Shown: positions 30,089 to 40,856, numbered from the stretch's first letter. The stretch: DNA of 64,000 bases from Candidatus Multivorans sp. (GCA_965224025.1 OZ245033.1:224001-288000), one strand, 5' to 3'. Made by a program: numbers and translations. Notes: generated by a model not told the origin, from the sequence alone.

Positions 30089-31107
30089 GGTTGGTTGGAC
30101 ACGACAGGACTTGATCCTGGGGCATCGACGTCAACGCCGGTCATGAGCTTGAGGTTACGACCATTGCCCTCGTGACACGCGTACTCGTACAGGATGTGAT
30201 CCTCGGGAGCCCGCTTGAACGCGTCGAGCGCGATCGTCCAGGGTCGTGTAAACACTTTCGGATCTTCGATTGTGGCCTCGTAGTGGATCGTGTCGGCGTC
30301 CGTCAGCGTGAAGCGTTCCACTACGTGCAAGGCGTCGCTATGGAAGACGCCGTGACCCGTCGAGAGCGCGCTTGCAGGAGCGCCCTCCAAGGCTACCCCA
30401 CGCGCAACCACCCAGGTCTTCTCGGTGAAGTTCGTGACATCGACGACCAGCGTATCGCCTTCCCAGTGGCCACGCGAATCACCCAACCCCAGGCGTATCT
30501 CCGAGCTGACATGCGGAGGCCCGTCCAGGGGAATGTAACGGTACTCGTGGTTCGCCTCGTAGAGGATCACAACGTACCCAGGCACCTGCAGAATCTGATA
30601 CGTGTTGAACCCATACGGCAAGTTCGCGCGCGGTAGCCCGGCCGACAGACACTTCACTCGCGGATCGAGCTGCGCGAGCTTGTCCTGGTTGGCCATGATC
30701 TCTTCCCGTTTCGCCGCCGCCCACGGTTGCAACGGGATCTTCCCGTCCGGGGGATCCACGACCAGCGGCGTTTGATTGGGAGCGGCCCGCGGTGGAGTGT
30801 TTGGGTCTGGTTCGAGAAGACTCGCAGGGGGTTGCGAATCGATATTGGCACCTTCCTGACGCCACAGTTCGTCCACCGGCGTCTCCACGGGCCGGCGCTC
30901 GCCGGGAAGCCAGTGACCCCGCAGGTCCGGGTCGCCCCACGGTGTGCGTGGAGACGTATACGTCTCGTGTTGGGCACCTTTGCCGGAGGCTTCAGCGGCG
31001 GCAAGCGGCACTAGCGCCGCGAACGCCGCGGCGGTGAGGAGACCGGGCGGAGCGAAGGACCGACGGTTCACCTCGAACTCCTTGCCGGCGAGTTGTGTCC
31101 TCGGCAC
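30085..31107 (-). CDS. exported hypothetical protein (GDSRGHWEGDTLVVD family; start uncertain)
   Basis: PRTPWGDPDLRGHW, DP..C..G.PR, GDSRGHWEGDTLVVDVTNF, EDPKVFTRPW, EYACHEGN. Confidence 0.75.
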   Translation of the reverse strand: MPRTQLAGKEFEVNRRSFAPPGLLTAAAFAALVPLAAAEASGKGAQHETYTSPRTPWGDPDLRGHWLPGERRPVETPVDELWRQEGANIDSQPPASLLEPDPNTPPRAAPNQTPLVVDPPDGKIPLQPWAAAKREEIMANQDKLAQLDPRVKCLSAGLPRANLPYGFNTYQILQVPGYVVILYEANHEYRYIPLDGPPHVSSEIRLGLGDSRGHWEGDTLVVDVTNFTEKTWVVARGVALEGAPASALSTGHGVFHSDALHVVERFTLTDADTIHYEATIEDPKVFTRPWTIALDAFKRAPEDHILYEYACHEGNGRNLKLMTGVDVDAPGSSPVVSNQP

Positions 31108-31112
31108 GTCAC

Positions 31113-31857
31113 CTACTGACCCTCCAGCGATTGCAGGATGAAATCGACGCAGTCGTATTCCAGGAGCTGGAGTCCCTGTTCCACGCGCCGATACAGCGGC
31201 ATCCTCATCTTCCAGGGGCGCGTGAACACTTTCGGATCCTCGATGGTGACCTCGTAGTCGATGTGGTACGGGCTGGTGGGCGTGAAGCGTTCAACCACAT
31301 GCAAGGCATCGCTGTGGAAATTCCCGGCCGCGTCGAACCACGTCCGGTCGTTGAAATGGGTGGTGTCGACGACCAGGGTGTCTCCCTCCCAGTGGCCGCG
31401 GGAGTCGCCCATCCAGAAGTCATTCGGCAGCGGATGCGGGCTGCCATCCGTGTAGATGATCCGAACCGCGTGCGCGAACTCGTAGGTCATCACCACGTGG
31501 TCCGGCGTCTGAAGGATCTGAAAAGGGAACGGCATGTACGTGATACGGGACACCGGGCAGATAGCACTTGCGAACCGGGTCGGCCGTGAGCCGATTCTCG
31601 TAGTTCTCCTGTTTTCGCGCCTCCGCCCAGGGCTGATACGGGATGTCGTTGCCCTCCACCACGCTCAGACCGGCGGGAACGCCATCCTGCGCATTGTGGT
31701 GCTGAAGGTCCCACGCGGCCGTCGTGAGGACCTGCCAGATCCCGCTCAGGTCGGGTCTGCCGTCGCTCGTGCGCGGTCCTTCGTAGCCTGACGCCTGGGC
31801 CCACGCCGCATGAAGACCCAGGCACGCGGTGAGACCGTAGGCGAGCACGAAACGCAT
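31113..31857 (-). pseudogene. paralog of the same family, frameshifted near 31550
   Basis: PRTSDGRPDLSGIW..CYLPGVP in one frame and RITYMPFPFQI..GDSRGHWEGDTLVVD in another. Confidence 0.75.
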
Positions 31858-31872
31858 CGTTCCCTCCCCACT

Positions 31873-34056
31873 CTAGGGCAGCCTGAGCGCGATCAATGCC
31901 GGCGTCTTTCCGCCGACGGTGAGTGCTAAGTATTGCCGGCCGTCCAGCATGTAGGTCATCGGCGTACCGACTGCGCCCCCCACGTCTCGAACTTCGTCAC
32001 GAGCCGCTCCAACGTTCAGCGTGTAGGTCCTCGGCGTCCCGATTGCGGCTCCAGGCAGGTCGACCGCGGCAAGGACTTCTCCCGACCCCTTGTCGTAGGC
32101 CACCAGTTGGGGACCATCGTCGGTGCCACCGGAAGACAACGCGTAGATGAGCAGCGTCTTCGTCAAGAGTGGCCCGAAATTGTTGACCTCACCTCCCAAT
32201 GGCGGCAGATCGAGATGGCGCAGCAGGGGGTGGTTACGAATTGGGTCGCCGTTGCCGGTCGGCGTCATCCAGAGGTGCTCGCCCGTGTTCATGTCGATGG
32301 CCGTCATCCGCGAATAGGGCGGCTTCCAGAGCGGCAGCCCCGGTGGCATCGGCGGCTGGCGTTGGGGGTTCCCCCCGTCCAGAAACGGCCCGGCGCCCGC
32401 GACGACGTATCGCAAGTTCGACCCCTCGTCCGGCTCGGGCTCGCGAAAGCGCACGACGGAGTGCACACCTTTTGACGGCACGTAGAGAATGCCCGTCTCC
32501 GGGTCTACCGCCGCGCCGCCCCAACTGGCACCGCCCGCGCCGCCTGGACGGTAGATCGTGCCGCGCAACGAGTGCGGGGTGTACAGCGGGCCGAGCCGGA
32601 ACCCCTCGACCGCCTTGACCGCCATCTGGCGGATCTCGGGGGTGAAGTCGACCAGGTCGTCTATCGAAGTGCCCTGATGCTCGAAGGGCGCCGGCTTGGT
32701 CGGGAACGGCTGGGTCGGTGACAGGACCTCTCCCTCCAGGTCAGTGTCGGTCGGCACGGGCCGCTCTTCAATCGGCCAGACCGGTTCGCCCGTCACGCGG
32801 TCGAAGGTGTAGACGAACCCCTGCTTGGTCACCTGGGCGGCCGCCTTCACCCGGCGGCCGTCAACGGTGATGTCGAGCAGGTTCGGTCCCGCCGGGATGT
32901 CGTAGTTCCACAGGCCGTGGTGCACGATCTGGAAGTGCCAGACGCGCTCGCCCGTCTCTACATCCACACAAACCAGACTCTGCGCAAAGAGGTTGTCGCC
33001 AGGCCGCTCGCCGCCCCAACTGTCGGAGGTCGGGGCGCTCGTCGGCAGATAGACGTAGCCGAGCTCGGGGTCCGCCGTGATGTTCCCCCAGGTATTCGTG
33101 TGGCCCGAGTAGCGCCACGACTCGTTCTGCCACGTGTCGGCCCCGAACTCATCGGCGCTCTGCGGCACGTTGTGGAAGTCCCACTTGTGCCGCCCGGTGC
33201 GCGCGTCGTAGGCGCGCACGAACCCCGGCGTGCCCTCTTTCGTGACGCCAAGGTCGTGGATTGTCGAGGGTGCGCCGATGATGATCGTGTCACCCACGAT
33301 CAGCGGAGCTGACCGCGACGGGGAAGGCAGCCCGCTGGGGTTCTCGCGAGGCCGCGGCAGACCCTCCTCCAGACTGACGCGCCCGTTGTCGCCGAACCCG
33401 GTGGCGAGGAGGCCGGTCTTCGCGTCGACGGCCGTCAGATAGCCGTCGCCCGTGCCCCAAATGATCCGCGCCTCGCCCCCGTTCTCCCAGTAGGCCACCC
33501 CGCGGTGTTTCCAGGGCGCAGGGACCGGCGGGCTGGCGGCCTCGTAGACTCGCGGGTTGTAGACCCAGCGCGTCTCACCCGTCCGGGCATCGATCGCCGC
33601 CGCCTGATAGAACGGGGTGCTCAGATACAGCACGCCGTCGACCATGAGCGGGACCGCCTCGAAGAAGATTGATTGCAATGAAACATTCGGCCGCGTCGCG
33701 AAGCGGTAGAACGTCCGCGTCGGCCAGCGGCCTGGCTCGGCCGCCTCGAGCCGGTCGAAGAGTGCCTCGGAGGGGATGAGCGAGATCCCGTGCTCATCCT
33801 CGAACGGGAGATGGGAGTCGGCGATGCGCCAGCGCCAGGCCACCTCGAGGTCGCCGAAGTTCTCGCCGGTGATCTGATCGAGCGGCGCGTACTTCGTGCC
33901 CCACATGTCGCCGGCGTAGGTGCGCCACTCGCCGCCTGCCGCGCCCTGCTGCGCGTCGACCGACGCCGCCCAGAGCCACGTGAGGGTCAGCGTCGCGGCC
34001 ACCAGGACCCGTGTGCGCCGTCTCATCCTGCGCAGCACCCGCTGGATGTCGACCAC
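31873..34056 (-). CDS. PQQ-dependent dehydrogenase (quinoprotein glucose dehydrogenase-like)
   Basis: KYAPLDQI, PLMVDGVLY, WHFQIVHHGLWNYD, KQGFVYTFDR, KPPYSRMTA, PMTY. Confidence 0.92.
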   Translation of the reverse strand: MVDIQRVLRRMRRRTRVLVAATLTLTWLWAASVDAQQGAAGGEWRTYAGDMWGTKYAPLDQITGENFGDLEVAWRWRIADSHLPFEDEHGISLIPSEALFDRLEAAEPGRWPTRTFYRFATRPNVSLQSIFFEAVPLMVDGVLYLSTPFYQAAAIDARTGETRWVYNPRVYEAASPPVPAPWKHRGVAYWENGGEARIIWGTGDGYLTAVDAKTGLLATGFGDNGRVSLEEGLPRPRENPSGLPSPSRSAPLIVGDTIIIGAPSTIHDLGVTKEGTPGFVRAYDARTGRHKWDFHNVPQSADEFGADTWQNESWRYSGHTNTWGNITADPELGYVYLPTSAPTSDSWGGERPGDNLFAQSLVCVDVETGERVWHFQIVHHGLWNYDIPAGPNLLDITVDGRRVKAAAQVTKQGFVYTFDRVTGEPVWPIEERPVPTDTDLEGEVLSPTQPFPTKPAPFEHQGTSIDDLVDFTPEIRQMAVKAVEGFRLGPLYTPHSLRGTIYRPGGAGGASWGGAAVDPETGILYVPSKGVHSVVRFREPEPDEGSNLRYVVAGAGPFLDGGNPQRQPPMPPGLPLWKPPYSRMTAIDMNTGEHLWMTPTGNGDPIRNHPLLRHLDLPPLGGEVNNFGPLLTKTLLIYALSSGGTDDGPQLVAYDKGSGEVLAAVDLPGAAIGTPRTYTLNVGAARDEVRDVGGAVGTPMTYMLDGRQYLALTVGGKTPALIALRLP

Positions 34057-34088
34057 CGGCGATTCACCCGCGGCCCTCTCAACCCTGC

Positions 34089-34496
34089 TTATCGCCCATC
34101 GGGAGCGCCAGTGCCAGAGGACCCCGCAAAGAACCTTGACCCATCGGGCAACGTGATGTCCCTGGCGTTCGCTGTGTTCGATCCGTTCTTGGCACCAAAG
34201 CCATCGATGACCAGTTCCGTGCCAATCGGGACCGAATACTTGTTCAGGCCCCGCCTGATCAACGCGTTCGGGGCGCCCAATTCAATGGCCCAACTCACCT
34301 CCTGGCCGTCTGGACCTTCCACATCGATGTGTATCCAGCAGTGGGGGTTTATCCACTCCGTTTTCGTGACGGTGCCGCGTAGCTGAAGCGGCCTGTCCAC
34401 GTCGAATTCGGCCGAAAACGCATGGTGCGCCAGCACGGGTCCCGCGGCCAGCAGCATGCCGAAGCCGACAACCGCCAAGAAGAGCCTTGTTCCCAT
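34089..34496 (-). CDS. DUF6152 family exported protein
   Basis: Signal peptide then AHHAFSAEFD, GTVTKTEWINPH, WAIE. Confidence 0.85.
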   Translation of the reverse strand: MGTRLFLAVVGFGMLLAAGPVLAHHAFSAEFDVDRPLQLRGTVTKTEWINPHCWIHIDVEGPDGQEVSWAIELGAPNALIRRGLNKYSVPIGTELVIDGFGAKNGSNTANARDITLPDGSRFFAGSSGTGAPDGR

Positions 34497-34656
34497 GAAA
34501 GTCACCTCGCCGTAGATCTCAGAGATTCTGCCACTAATCCTCGCCGTGCGCTCCCGCCCCTGTCCAGGAGACGGGGCGGATTCTTTCGGAGAACTCCTAA
34601 CCGCTGCGCCGTTGATGGCGCCGAGAGCCACGTGAGTGTCAGCGTCGCGGGCTGTT

Positions 34657-35796
34657 CTAGTTCGCGACGTACTTCGTGATGCCGCCGCCGGCGGTGGGAC
34701 GGGAATCCGGCCCTTCCGCCGCATAGATGTTGCCGTCCTCATCCACGGCGACACCCTCACCGGCGACCCCTTGCACGCGATCGTCGTGAGGGTGCGGCGG
34801 CACGAAGCCGGTCAGCCGGTCCTCGCCGGCCGGTCCGATCCGCACACCGTTCTTCCAGGCGGGGTGGTTGTTTGGGCCCGAGTCCGAATCGATCGCATAG
34901 AGCGTGTCGTCGGCGGTGATGAACAGCCCACTGACCTTGCTGTACTGCATGTAGGTGTCGAGGAGGTTGCCGTCCTGGTCGAAGATTTGGATCCGGCTAT
35001 TGCCACGGTCCGCGACATACAGACGGCCTTGCGAGTCGAACGCCAGTCCGTGCGGCGTGCGAAACTGCCCGGGACGGAAGCCGATTTCACCCCACTCCTT
35101 GATGAAGTTGCCCTCGCTGTCGAACTTGAGGATCCGTCCGGTCGCGCCCGGAGGCGGATCAGGCGCCTGGCCGCTATGTCCGTCAGACACGAAGATGTCG
35201 CCGTTGGGCGCCGTAGTGACATCGCACGGCTGGTAGAGCTGGCCAGGGCCGCTTCCGGGCACCCCCGCCTCGCCGAGTCGCAGCAGGATCTCGCCCTCCG
35301 GGCTGAACTTGATCACCTGATGCCCCTTGGTCGCGGCCTCGTTCCCTGCGAAGTCGGTCACCCAGACGTTGCCGTCGCTGTCCACGTGGAGACCGTGCGG
35401 TACCACGAACAGTCCGGCCCCGAAGCTGGTCAGGATCTCACCAGTGTTCCTGTCGAACTTGAAGATCGGATCGAGCTCCGGGTTGGCCTCGCACCCACCG
35501 TCCAGACCGCCACCGCACCGGTCATAGGCCCAGACATGCCCGTCGGGACCGATATCGATGCCCGCGGTCGAACCCCAAACCCGCCCGACGGGGAGCGGCG
35601 CCCAGTTCAAGATCACGTCGCCGGTCGGATTCGGCAGCGACCGATCCACCCGGTCGCTCATCTTCCCGTCGTCCATCGCGCCCGTCTCCTCCTCCACCGC
35701 CGGAGCGCCACCGCCACAGGCCACGAGAGCCACCAGCGGTAGGGACAGGAGCGCCAGCCCGCCTCGGCTCGCCAGGATCGATCGGAATTCACGCAT
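34657..35796 (-). CDS. NHL-repeat lipoprotein, peptidyl-alpha-hydroxyglycine alpha-amidating lyase-like
   Basis: Lipobox LVAC; PHGLHVD, PCDV..DIFVSDG, PHGLAFD..LYVADRGNSRIQIF. Confidence 0.88.
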   Translation of the reverse strand: MREFRSILASRGGLALLSLPLVALVACGGGAPAVEEETGAMDDGKMSDRVDRSLPNPTGDVILNWAPLPVGRVWGSTAGIDIGPDGHVWAYDRCGGGLDGGCEANPELDPIFKFDRNTGEILTSFGAGLFVVPHGLHVDSDGNVWVTDFAGNEAATKGHQVIKFSPEGEILLRLGEAGVPGSGPGQLYQPCDVTTAPNGDIFVSDGHSGQAPDPPPGATGRILKFDSEGNFIKEWGEIGFRPGQFRTPHGLAFDSQGRLYVADRGNSRIQIFDQDGNLLDTYMQYSKVSGLFITADDTLYAIDSDSGPNNHPAWKNGVRIGPAGEDRLTGFVPPHPHDDRVQGVAGEGVAVDEDGNIYAAEGPDSRPTAGGGITKYVAN

Positions 35797-35898
35797 GTTG
35801 CCCACCTTTCTCTGGGTGACGCCAGGAAGCAAAAAGATAGCTCTAGCGGCTCGCGTGATGAGCATCGCGCTCCTCCCTAGTTTACTCAGTACGGCAGC

Positions 35899-35985
35899 CT
35901 GACCATCAGCGTAGACGCCAAGCTGATTCGCCGAGCGAAGCGCCATGCGGCGGCGCGCGGCGTCTCCTTGTCGTCCCTCATGTCA
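35899..35985 (+). pseudogene. antitoxin remnant (DUF6364-like RHH)
   Basis: Translates LTISVDAKLIRRAKRHAAARGVSLSSL with no start codon. Confidence 0.5.
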
Positions 35986-36034
35986 CAGCCGGCTGCCACA
36001 GCTTGTCGCAGCTTGTGCGTTAACTGGCTTCGGC

Positions 36035-36445
36035 TCAGCGGGGTTCCAGGAGGGGCAGGTCGATCTCCTGGAAGTCTCGCGTGTTCAGCGTAGCCAAGGA
36101 GTAGTCGCGACTCTTCGCGGTGCCCGCGATCTGCGAGTCGGCCAGGCTCATCGGCGAGCCTTCGAGTCGTCGTTGCGCCCGGAGCTTTGCGCTCTCCGTG
36201 GCGGCGTCCGAATCGAACGGGACGAGGCGGTCCGAGAAGGCATCGACGATCCGCGCAAACAAGCGGGTCAAACGCAGCCGCTTCCGCCCGCGTGGCAGCA
36301 ATTCGATGCCGAAAGTGATCTCGTCCACGGTGACGGCCGAGACGAACAGGCTTGAAGGGGCGTGGCTGTCCAGCCAATTCATCACGTGCTCGTCCGGTTC
36401 GATGCGCATGGCCTCCGACAGGACATTGGTGTCCAGGAGGATCAT
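36035..36445 (-). CDS. vapC: VapC/FitB-like PIN toxin
   Basis: MILLDTNVLSE, DSQIAG, LATLNTRDF. Confidence 0.92.
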   Translation of the reverse strand: MILLDTNVLSEAMRIEPDEHVMNWLDSHAPSSLFVSAVTVDEITFGIELLPRGRKRLRLTRLFARIVDAFSDRLVPFDSDAATESAKLRAQRRLEGSPMSLADSQIAGTAKSRDYSLATLNTRDFQEIDLPLLEPR

Positions 36446-36699
36446 CGCGACTCGTTCTCGCCGTAGTCGGGCGAGGTGAAGTCGATCGGGTCGTCCACTT
36501 CGCGTGCCGGCAATTCGAGATCGAAGCCGTCGTCGCCGACGATCCGGCGGATCATGGCGCCGACCGGCTCTTCGTCGACGACCGCGCTGCGGAGGATTCG
36601 CCGAACCGTCTCCTCCAGGGACAAAGACTCCCGCTCCGCACGAATCTTCAGGCGATGGACGACCTCACTGTCCAGGCGACGTACACTCAGGCTTGCCAT
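36442..36699 (-). CDS. FitA-like RHH antitoxin
   Basis: MASLSVRRLD..LKIRA..SLEETVRRIL; overlaps the toxin. Confidence 0.88.
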   Translation of the reverse strand: MASLSVRRLDSEVVHRLKIRAERESLSLEETVRRILRSAVVDEEPVGAMIRRIVGDDGFDLELPAREVDDPIDFTSPDYGENESR

Positions 36700-36774
36700 G
36701 GGTTTCACTCCATCAGTTACACGGTCGGATGCTAGCACGACATGCCGAAGTGCTGGCAGTCAGTTGACCACACC

Positions 36775-37968
36775 ATGAACGACGTCACACCATCCCGGAC
36801 CGTCGGCTACATGACGCCGGAGCGCGAGATGCTCCGCCGGATCGCGCGGGACTTCACGGACAAGGAAGTCCTGCCGGTCGCCAACGAGCTCGACCCGAAG
36901 AAGGGGACGATCCCGCAGTCGCTGATCGACCAGATGGGCGAGCTGGGCTTCTTCGGCATCGTGATCCCGGAGGAGTACGGCGGCGCCGGGCTGGGGGCGT
37001 TCGAGTACTGCCTGGTCGCCGAGGAGCTGGCGCGGGGTTGGATGAGCGTGGCGAGCATCATCGCCCGCGGCAACGGCTTCTACAGGTCGATCCCCTTCGA
37101 GGGCGAAGAGCGCCGGAAGCGGATCAGGCTGATGGCACAGGGCAAGTACCTCGGCGCGCTCGCGATGTCGGAGCCGGAGGTCGGCTCGGACATCTCGTCG
37201 ATCACCTGCCGGGCGCGGATGGAGGACGACCATTGGGTGATCACCGGCAACAAGTACTGGTGCACCTTCGCCGACGGCGCGAACTTCATCCAGGTCATCG
37301 CGCGGACGGAGGGGGATCCGTCGAAGCGCCACGCCGCCCTGACCGGGATCGGGATCGAGAAGCCGCCCGGCGAGCTGCCCGAAGGCGTCACCGGTTCGCC
37401 GATCCCGAAGATCGGCTACCACGGGTGGAAGACCTGGGAGCTCCACTTCGACAACGTGCGGGTGCCGATCACGAAGCGCCAGAAGGAGGCGAAGGGCCAG
37501 GCGTTCTACGGCATGGCGCGGGGGCTTGAGAGCGCCCGGGCCCACACCGCGGCGCGGTCGATCGGCCTCGCCCAGGGCGCGCTCGAGCAGGCGATCGCGT
37601 ACTCGAAGGAGCGCATCCAGTTCCGGCGTCCGATCGCCGACTTCCAGGCGATCCGCTTCAAGATCGCGAACATGGCGGCCGAGGTCGAGGCGGCCCGGCA
37701 GTTGAACTACTCGGTCTGCGCGAAGATCGACACTGGCGTGTCGGCCGCCAAGGAGGCGGCGATGGTCAAGTACTACGCCGCCGAGATGTCGGAGCGGGTG
37801 TGCTCCGACGCGCTGCAGGTGCTGGCCGGCGCCGGCTACACGACGGACTACCCGGTGGAGCGCTACTGGCGCGACGCGCGGCTGACGAAGATCTTCGAGG
37901 GGACGTCTGAGATCATGCTGAAGATCGTGTCGGACGCGTTGCTTGGAAAGCCGTCGAGGAGGAGTTGA
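36775..37968 (+). CDS. acyl-CoA dehydrogenase
   Basis: AMSEPEVGSD, GNKYWCT, RIQF..FQAI, RYWRDARLTKIFEGTSEI. Confidence 0.96.
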   Translation: MNDVTPSRTVGYMTPEREMLRRIARDFTDKEVLPVANELDPKKGTIPQSLIDQMGELGFFGIVIPEEYGGAGLGAFEYCLVAEELARGWMSVASIIARGNGFYRSIPFEGEERRKRIRLMAQGKYLGALAMSEPEVGSDISSITCRARMEDDHWVITGNKYWCTFADGANFIQVIARTEGDPSKRHAALTGIGIEKPPGELPEGVTGSPIPKIGYHGWKTWELHFDNVRVPITKRQKEAKGQAFYGMARGLESARAHTAARSIGLAQGALEQAIAYSKERIQFRRPIADFQAIRFKIANMAAEVEAARQLNYSVCAKIDTGVSAAKEAAMVKYYAAEMSERVCSDALQVLAGAGYTTDYPVERYWRDARLTKIFEGTSEIMLKIVSDALLGKPSRRS

Positions 37969-38039
37969 CGGGCGCGTCCATTCAGAGGGCGATCGCGGAA
38001 TGGTCTTGACTATTCCACGATAGTAAGAAGAATGGTCGC

Positions 38040-39251
38040 GTGGACTTGGAGTCGCCGCGGATCTATGACCCGATCCTGACGGAGCATCTCGGCCGGAATC
38101 GGCAGATGGCCTTCGTCAGCGGCCCGCGGCAGGTCGGCAAGACGACCACCTGTCGCGCCAGGGCCGACGCAACCCTCAACTGGGACGATCTCGACCATCG
38201 GGAACTCGTGCTCGCCGGTCCCCGTCGGGTCGTCGATGCGTTGGGGCTGGACCGCCTGTCCGAGACGCCGCCCGTCGTGCTGTTCGACGAGCTCCACAAG
38301 TTCGCGCGCTGGAAGTCCTTCCTCAAGGGACTCTTCGACAGCTACGGGGGCCGGATGCGGATTCTGGTCACCGGGAGCAGTCGGCTGGACGTCTACCGGC
38401 GCGGTGGCGACAGCCTGATGGGGCGCTACTTCCTCTACCGGATGCACCCCTTTTCGGTGGCTGAAGTTGCGCTGCGGGATCCGGCCGAGCCGCTTGGCCT
38501 GCTGCGCTCGCCCCGGGCGATTGGCGACGGCGACTTCGAGGCGCTCTGGAGGCACGGCGGTTTTCCCGAGCCGTACCTCAGGCGTGACATCCGCTTCACC
38601 CGTCGCTGGCGGACTCTCCGGTTCGGGCAACTGGTCCGTGAGGAGGTGCGAGACCTGACCCGAATCCAGCAACTGGACCAGTTGGAGGTCCTGGTGCGTG
38701 TGCTCTCCGACCGTTCCGGACAGCAGGTGGTCTACGACAATCTCGCAAGGCAGGTCCAGGTGGCGGCCGACACCGTTCGCCGCTGGGTCGCGGCGCTTGT
38801 CGACCTTCACCTGGGTTTCCTGGTGCGCCCCTGGTTTCGCAACCTCTCTCGGTCGCTGCGCAAGGAGCCCAAGTGGTACCTGCGGGACTGGTCAGGCGTC
38901 GAGGACACTGGCCAGCGCGCAGAGACATTCGTTGCCTGCCACCTCGCCAAGGCCGTCGACGGCTGGAACGACCTCGGCTTGGGCGACTTCGAACTCGCCT
39001 ATCTGCGGGACAAGGAGAAGCGCGAAGTCGATCTGCTCGTCGTGCGGGATGGCGACCCCTGGATCCTCGCCGAAATCAAGCACGGCGGCGACTCGCTGAG
39101 CCCTCACCTCCGCTACTACCAGGACCGCCTGCGGGCGCCCTTCGCCTTCCAGGTCTCGGTCGCGGCTGACTACGTCGACCGGAGCTGCTTCGAGGATCCT
39201 GGAAGGCCCTTGATCGTCCCGGCGCGAACGTTGCTGTCGCAGCTCCTGTGA
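38040..39251 (+). CDS. AAA_14 ATPase with DUF4143 (PD-(D/E)XK-like) C-terminus
   Basis: GPRQVGKTT, LFDELHK, VTGSS, GGFPEP, PKWYLRD, REVDL..EIK. Confidence 0.9.
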   Translation: MDLESPRIYDPILTEHLGRNRQMAFVSGPRQVGKTTTCRARADATLNWDDLDHRELVLAGPRRVVDALGLDRLSETPPVVLFDELHKFARWKSFLKGLFDSYGGRMRILVTGSSRLDVYRRGGDSLMGRYFLYRMHPFSVAEVALRDPAEPLGLLRSPRAIGDGDFEALWRHGGFPEPYLRRDIRFTRRWRTLRFGQLVREEVRDLTRIQQLDQLEVLVRVLSDRSGQQVVYDNLARQVQVAADTVRRWVAALVDLHLGFLVRPWFRNLSRSLRKEPKWYLRDWSGVEDTGQRAETFVACHLAKAVDGWNDLGLGDFELAYLRDKEKREVDLLVVRDGDPWILAEIKHGGDSLSPHLRYYQDRLRAPFAFQVSVAADYVDRSCFEDPGRPLIVPARTLLSQLL

Positions 39252-39372
39252 CTGGGGGTGCCGCGAGTCATCGCCGGTGATCAGAGTGCCGGTGACCTAC
39301 ACTCCGAAGGCGTAGCGTCGGTTCTCGGCGGCATCTGGGGCTCTAGGGAGTCCGGAAAGTGGAGGAAACACG

Positions 39373-40731
39373 ATGAGACTTGCGAACCATCTCTGGGACC
39401 GCTTTGGCCGCTTGACCCTCGACGACATCCCGGTGGAGGCCCGCACCGTGGCCGGCCAGTGTGTGCTCGACTGGTTCGGCTGTGCGCTGGCCGGCAGCCG
39501 CGAGCCGCTGTCCGGGATCTTGCGCGATGAGCTGGCCGGCCAGGCCGGTCCGTGCTCGATCGTCGGCACGGAGCTGCACTGCGCGCCGGGCGTCGCCGCC
39601 CTGCTGAACGGCGCCGCCGGCCACGCGCTCGATTTCGACGACACGCACAGCATGATGGGCGGTCATCCAACGGTGCCGGTCTTCCCGGCCGCCCTGGCGC
39701 AGGCCCAGGAGATGGGCGCGCGCGGCGAGCGGCTGCTCGTCGCCTTCATTGTCGGCGTGGAGGTCGAGTCGCGCGTCGGCGCGCTGATCGGAGGCGCCGC
39801 CTACGCCAAGGGCTGGCACTCGACGTCGACGATCGGCGTCCACGGCGCCGCGGCCGCGGCCTGCCACCTGCTCGGTGCGAGCAACGAGCAGTTCGCGCAC
39901 GCCCTGGGCCTCGCGGCCTCGCAGGCCAGCGGTCTCAAGGCGAACTTCGGCACGATGACCAAGCCGTTCCACGCCGGGCACGCCGCCGAGCGCGGCCTGC
40001 TCTCGGCGCGGCTGGCGATGCGCGGCTTCACCTCGAACCCGGAGGCCGTTGACGGCCGGCAGGGCTACGCCGACGCCGCGGCTACCGGCCACGAAGCGGT
40101 CAAGTGGCAGCGACTGGAGGAACAGGACGGCCGCTTCCTGATCGAGGACACGCTGTTCAAGTACCACGCCGCCTGCTACCTGACCCACGCGGCGATCGAG
40201 TCGGTTGGGCGGCTGCGGCCCCAGTTGGCGGCGGAGGGGATCTCGGCAAGGGACGTCGAGAAGGCGATCGTCACGGTGCATCCGGGCCTGCTCGACGTGT
40301 GCGGCATTCCCGAACCGAAGACCGGCCTGGAGGCGAAGTTCAGCCTGGTCGCCACGACGTCGTTGGCGATGCTCGGAATCGACACGACGGACACCGGGAC
40401 CTTCGTCGACGAGACGCTGGACGATCCGGAGGTTGCGCGGATGATCGACAAGGTCGAGGTGCGGACCGACCGCTTGCTCGGCCACACTCAGGCCCGGGTG
40501 GAGCTACGGGCGAACGGGCATCGGCTGGAGGAGTTCCATGACACCGGCATCCCGGCGACGGACCTGGAGGCGCAGGGGGCGAAGCTGGCGGCGAAGATGA
40601 CTGGTTTGGCGGCGCCGCTGCTGGGGACGGAGGCGAGCGAGCGGCTGCGGGAGTTGTCGTTGCGGTTGGAGACGGTTACGGACGTTCGCGACCTCGCTGG
40701 GCTTGCCGCCGGTTCGCGCGAAGCCGCATGA
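39373..40731 (+). CDS. MmgE/PrpD family protein
   Basis: NGAAGHALDFDDTH, GWHST, FGTMTKPFHAG, FKYHAAC, AKFS. Confidence 0.93.
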   Translation: MRLANHLWDRFGRLTLDDIPVEARTVAGQCVLDWFGCALAGSREPLSGILRDELAGQAGPCSIVGTELHCAPGVAALLNGAAGHALDFDDTHSMMGGHPTVPVFPAALAQAQEMGARGERLLVAFIVGVEVESRVGALIGGAAYAKGWHSTSTIGVHGAAAAACHLLGASNEQFAHALGLAASQASGLKANFGTMTKPFHAGHAAERGLLSARLAMRGFTSNPEAVDGRQGYADAAATGHEAVKWQRLEEQDGRFLIEDTLFKYHAACYLTHAAIESVGRLRPQLAAEGISARDVEKAIVTVHPGLLDVCGIPEPKTGLEAKFSLVATTSLAMLGIDTTDTGTFVDETLDDPEVARMIDKVEVRTDRLLGHTQARVELRANGHRLEEFHDTGIPATDLEAQGAKLAAKMTGLAAPLLGTEASERLRELSLRLETVTDVRDLAGLAAGSREAA

Positions 40732-40856
40732 GGGACTACGCCGCCACGAGGTGGCTTCCCGAACTCAAATCCGTCCTGTAGGGTTCTCCGTTCGCTACAC
40801 TGCCGCCATCGCGGCTGTGGTGAATCGAGTAACTAGCGCCACGGAGGTACTCCGAC

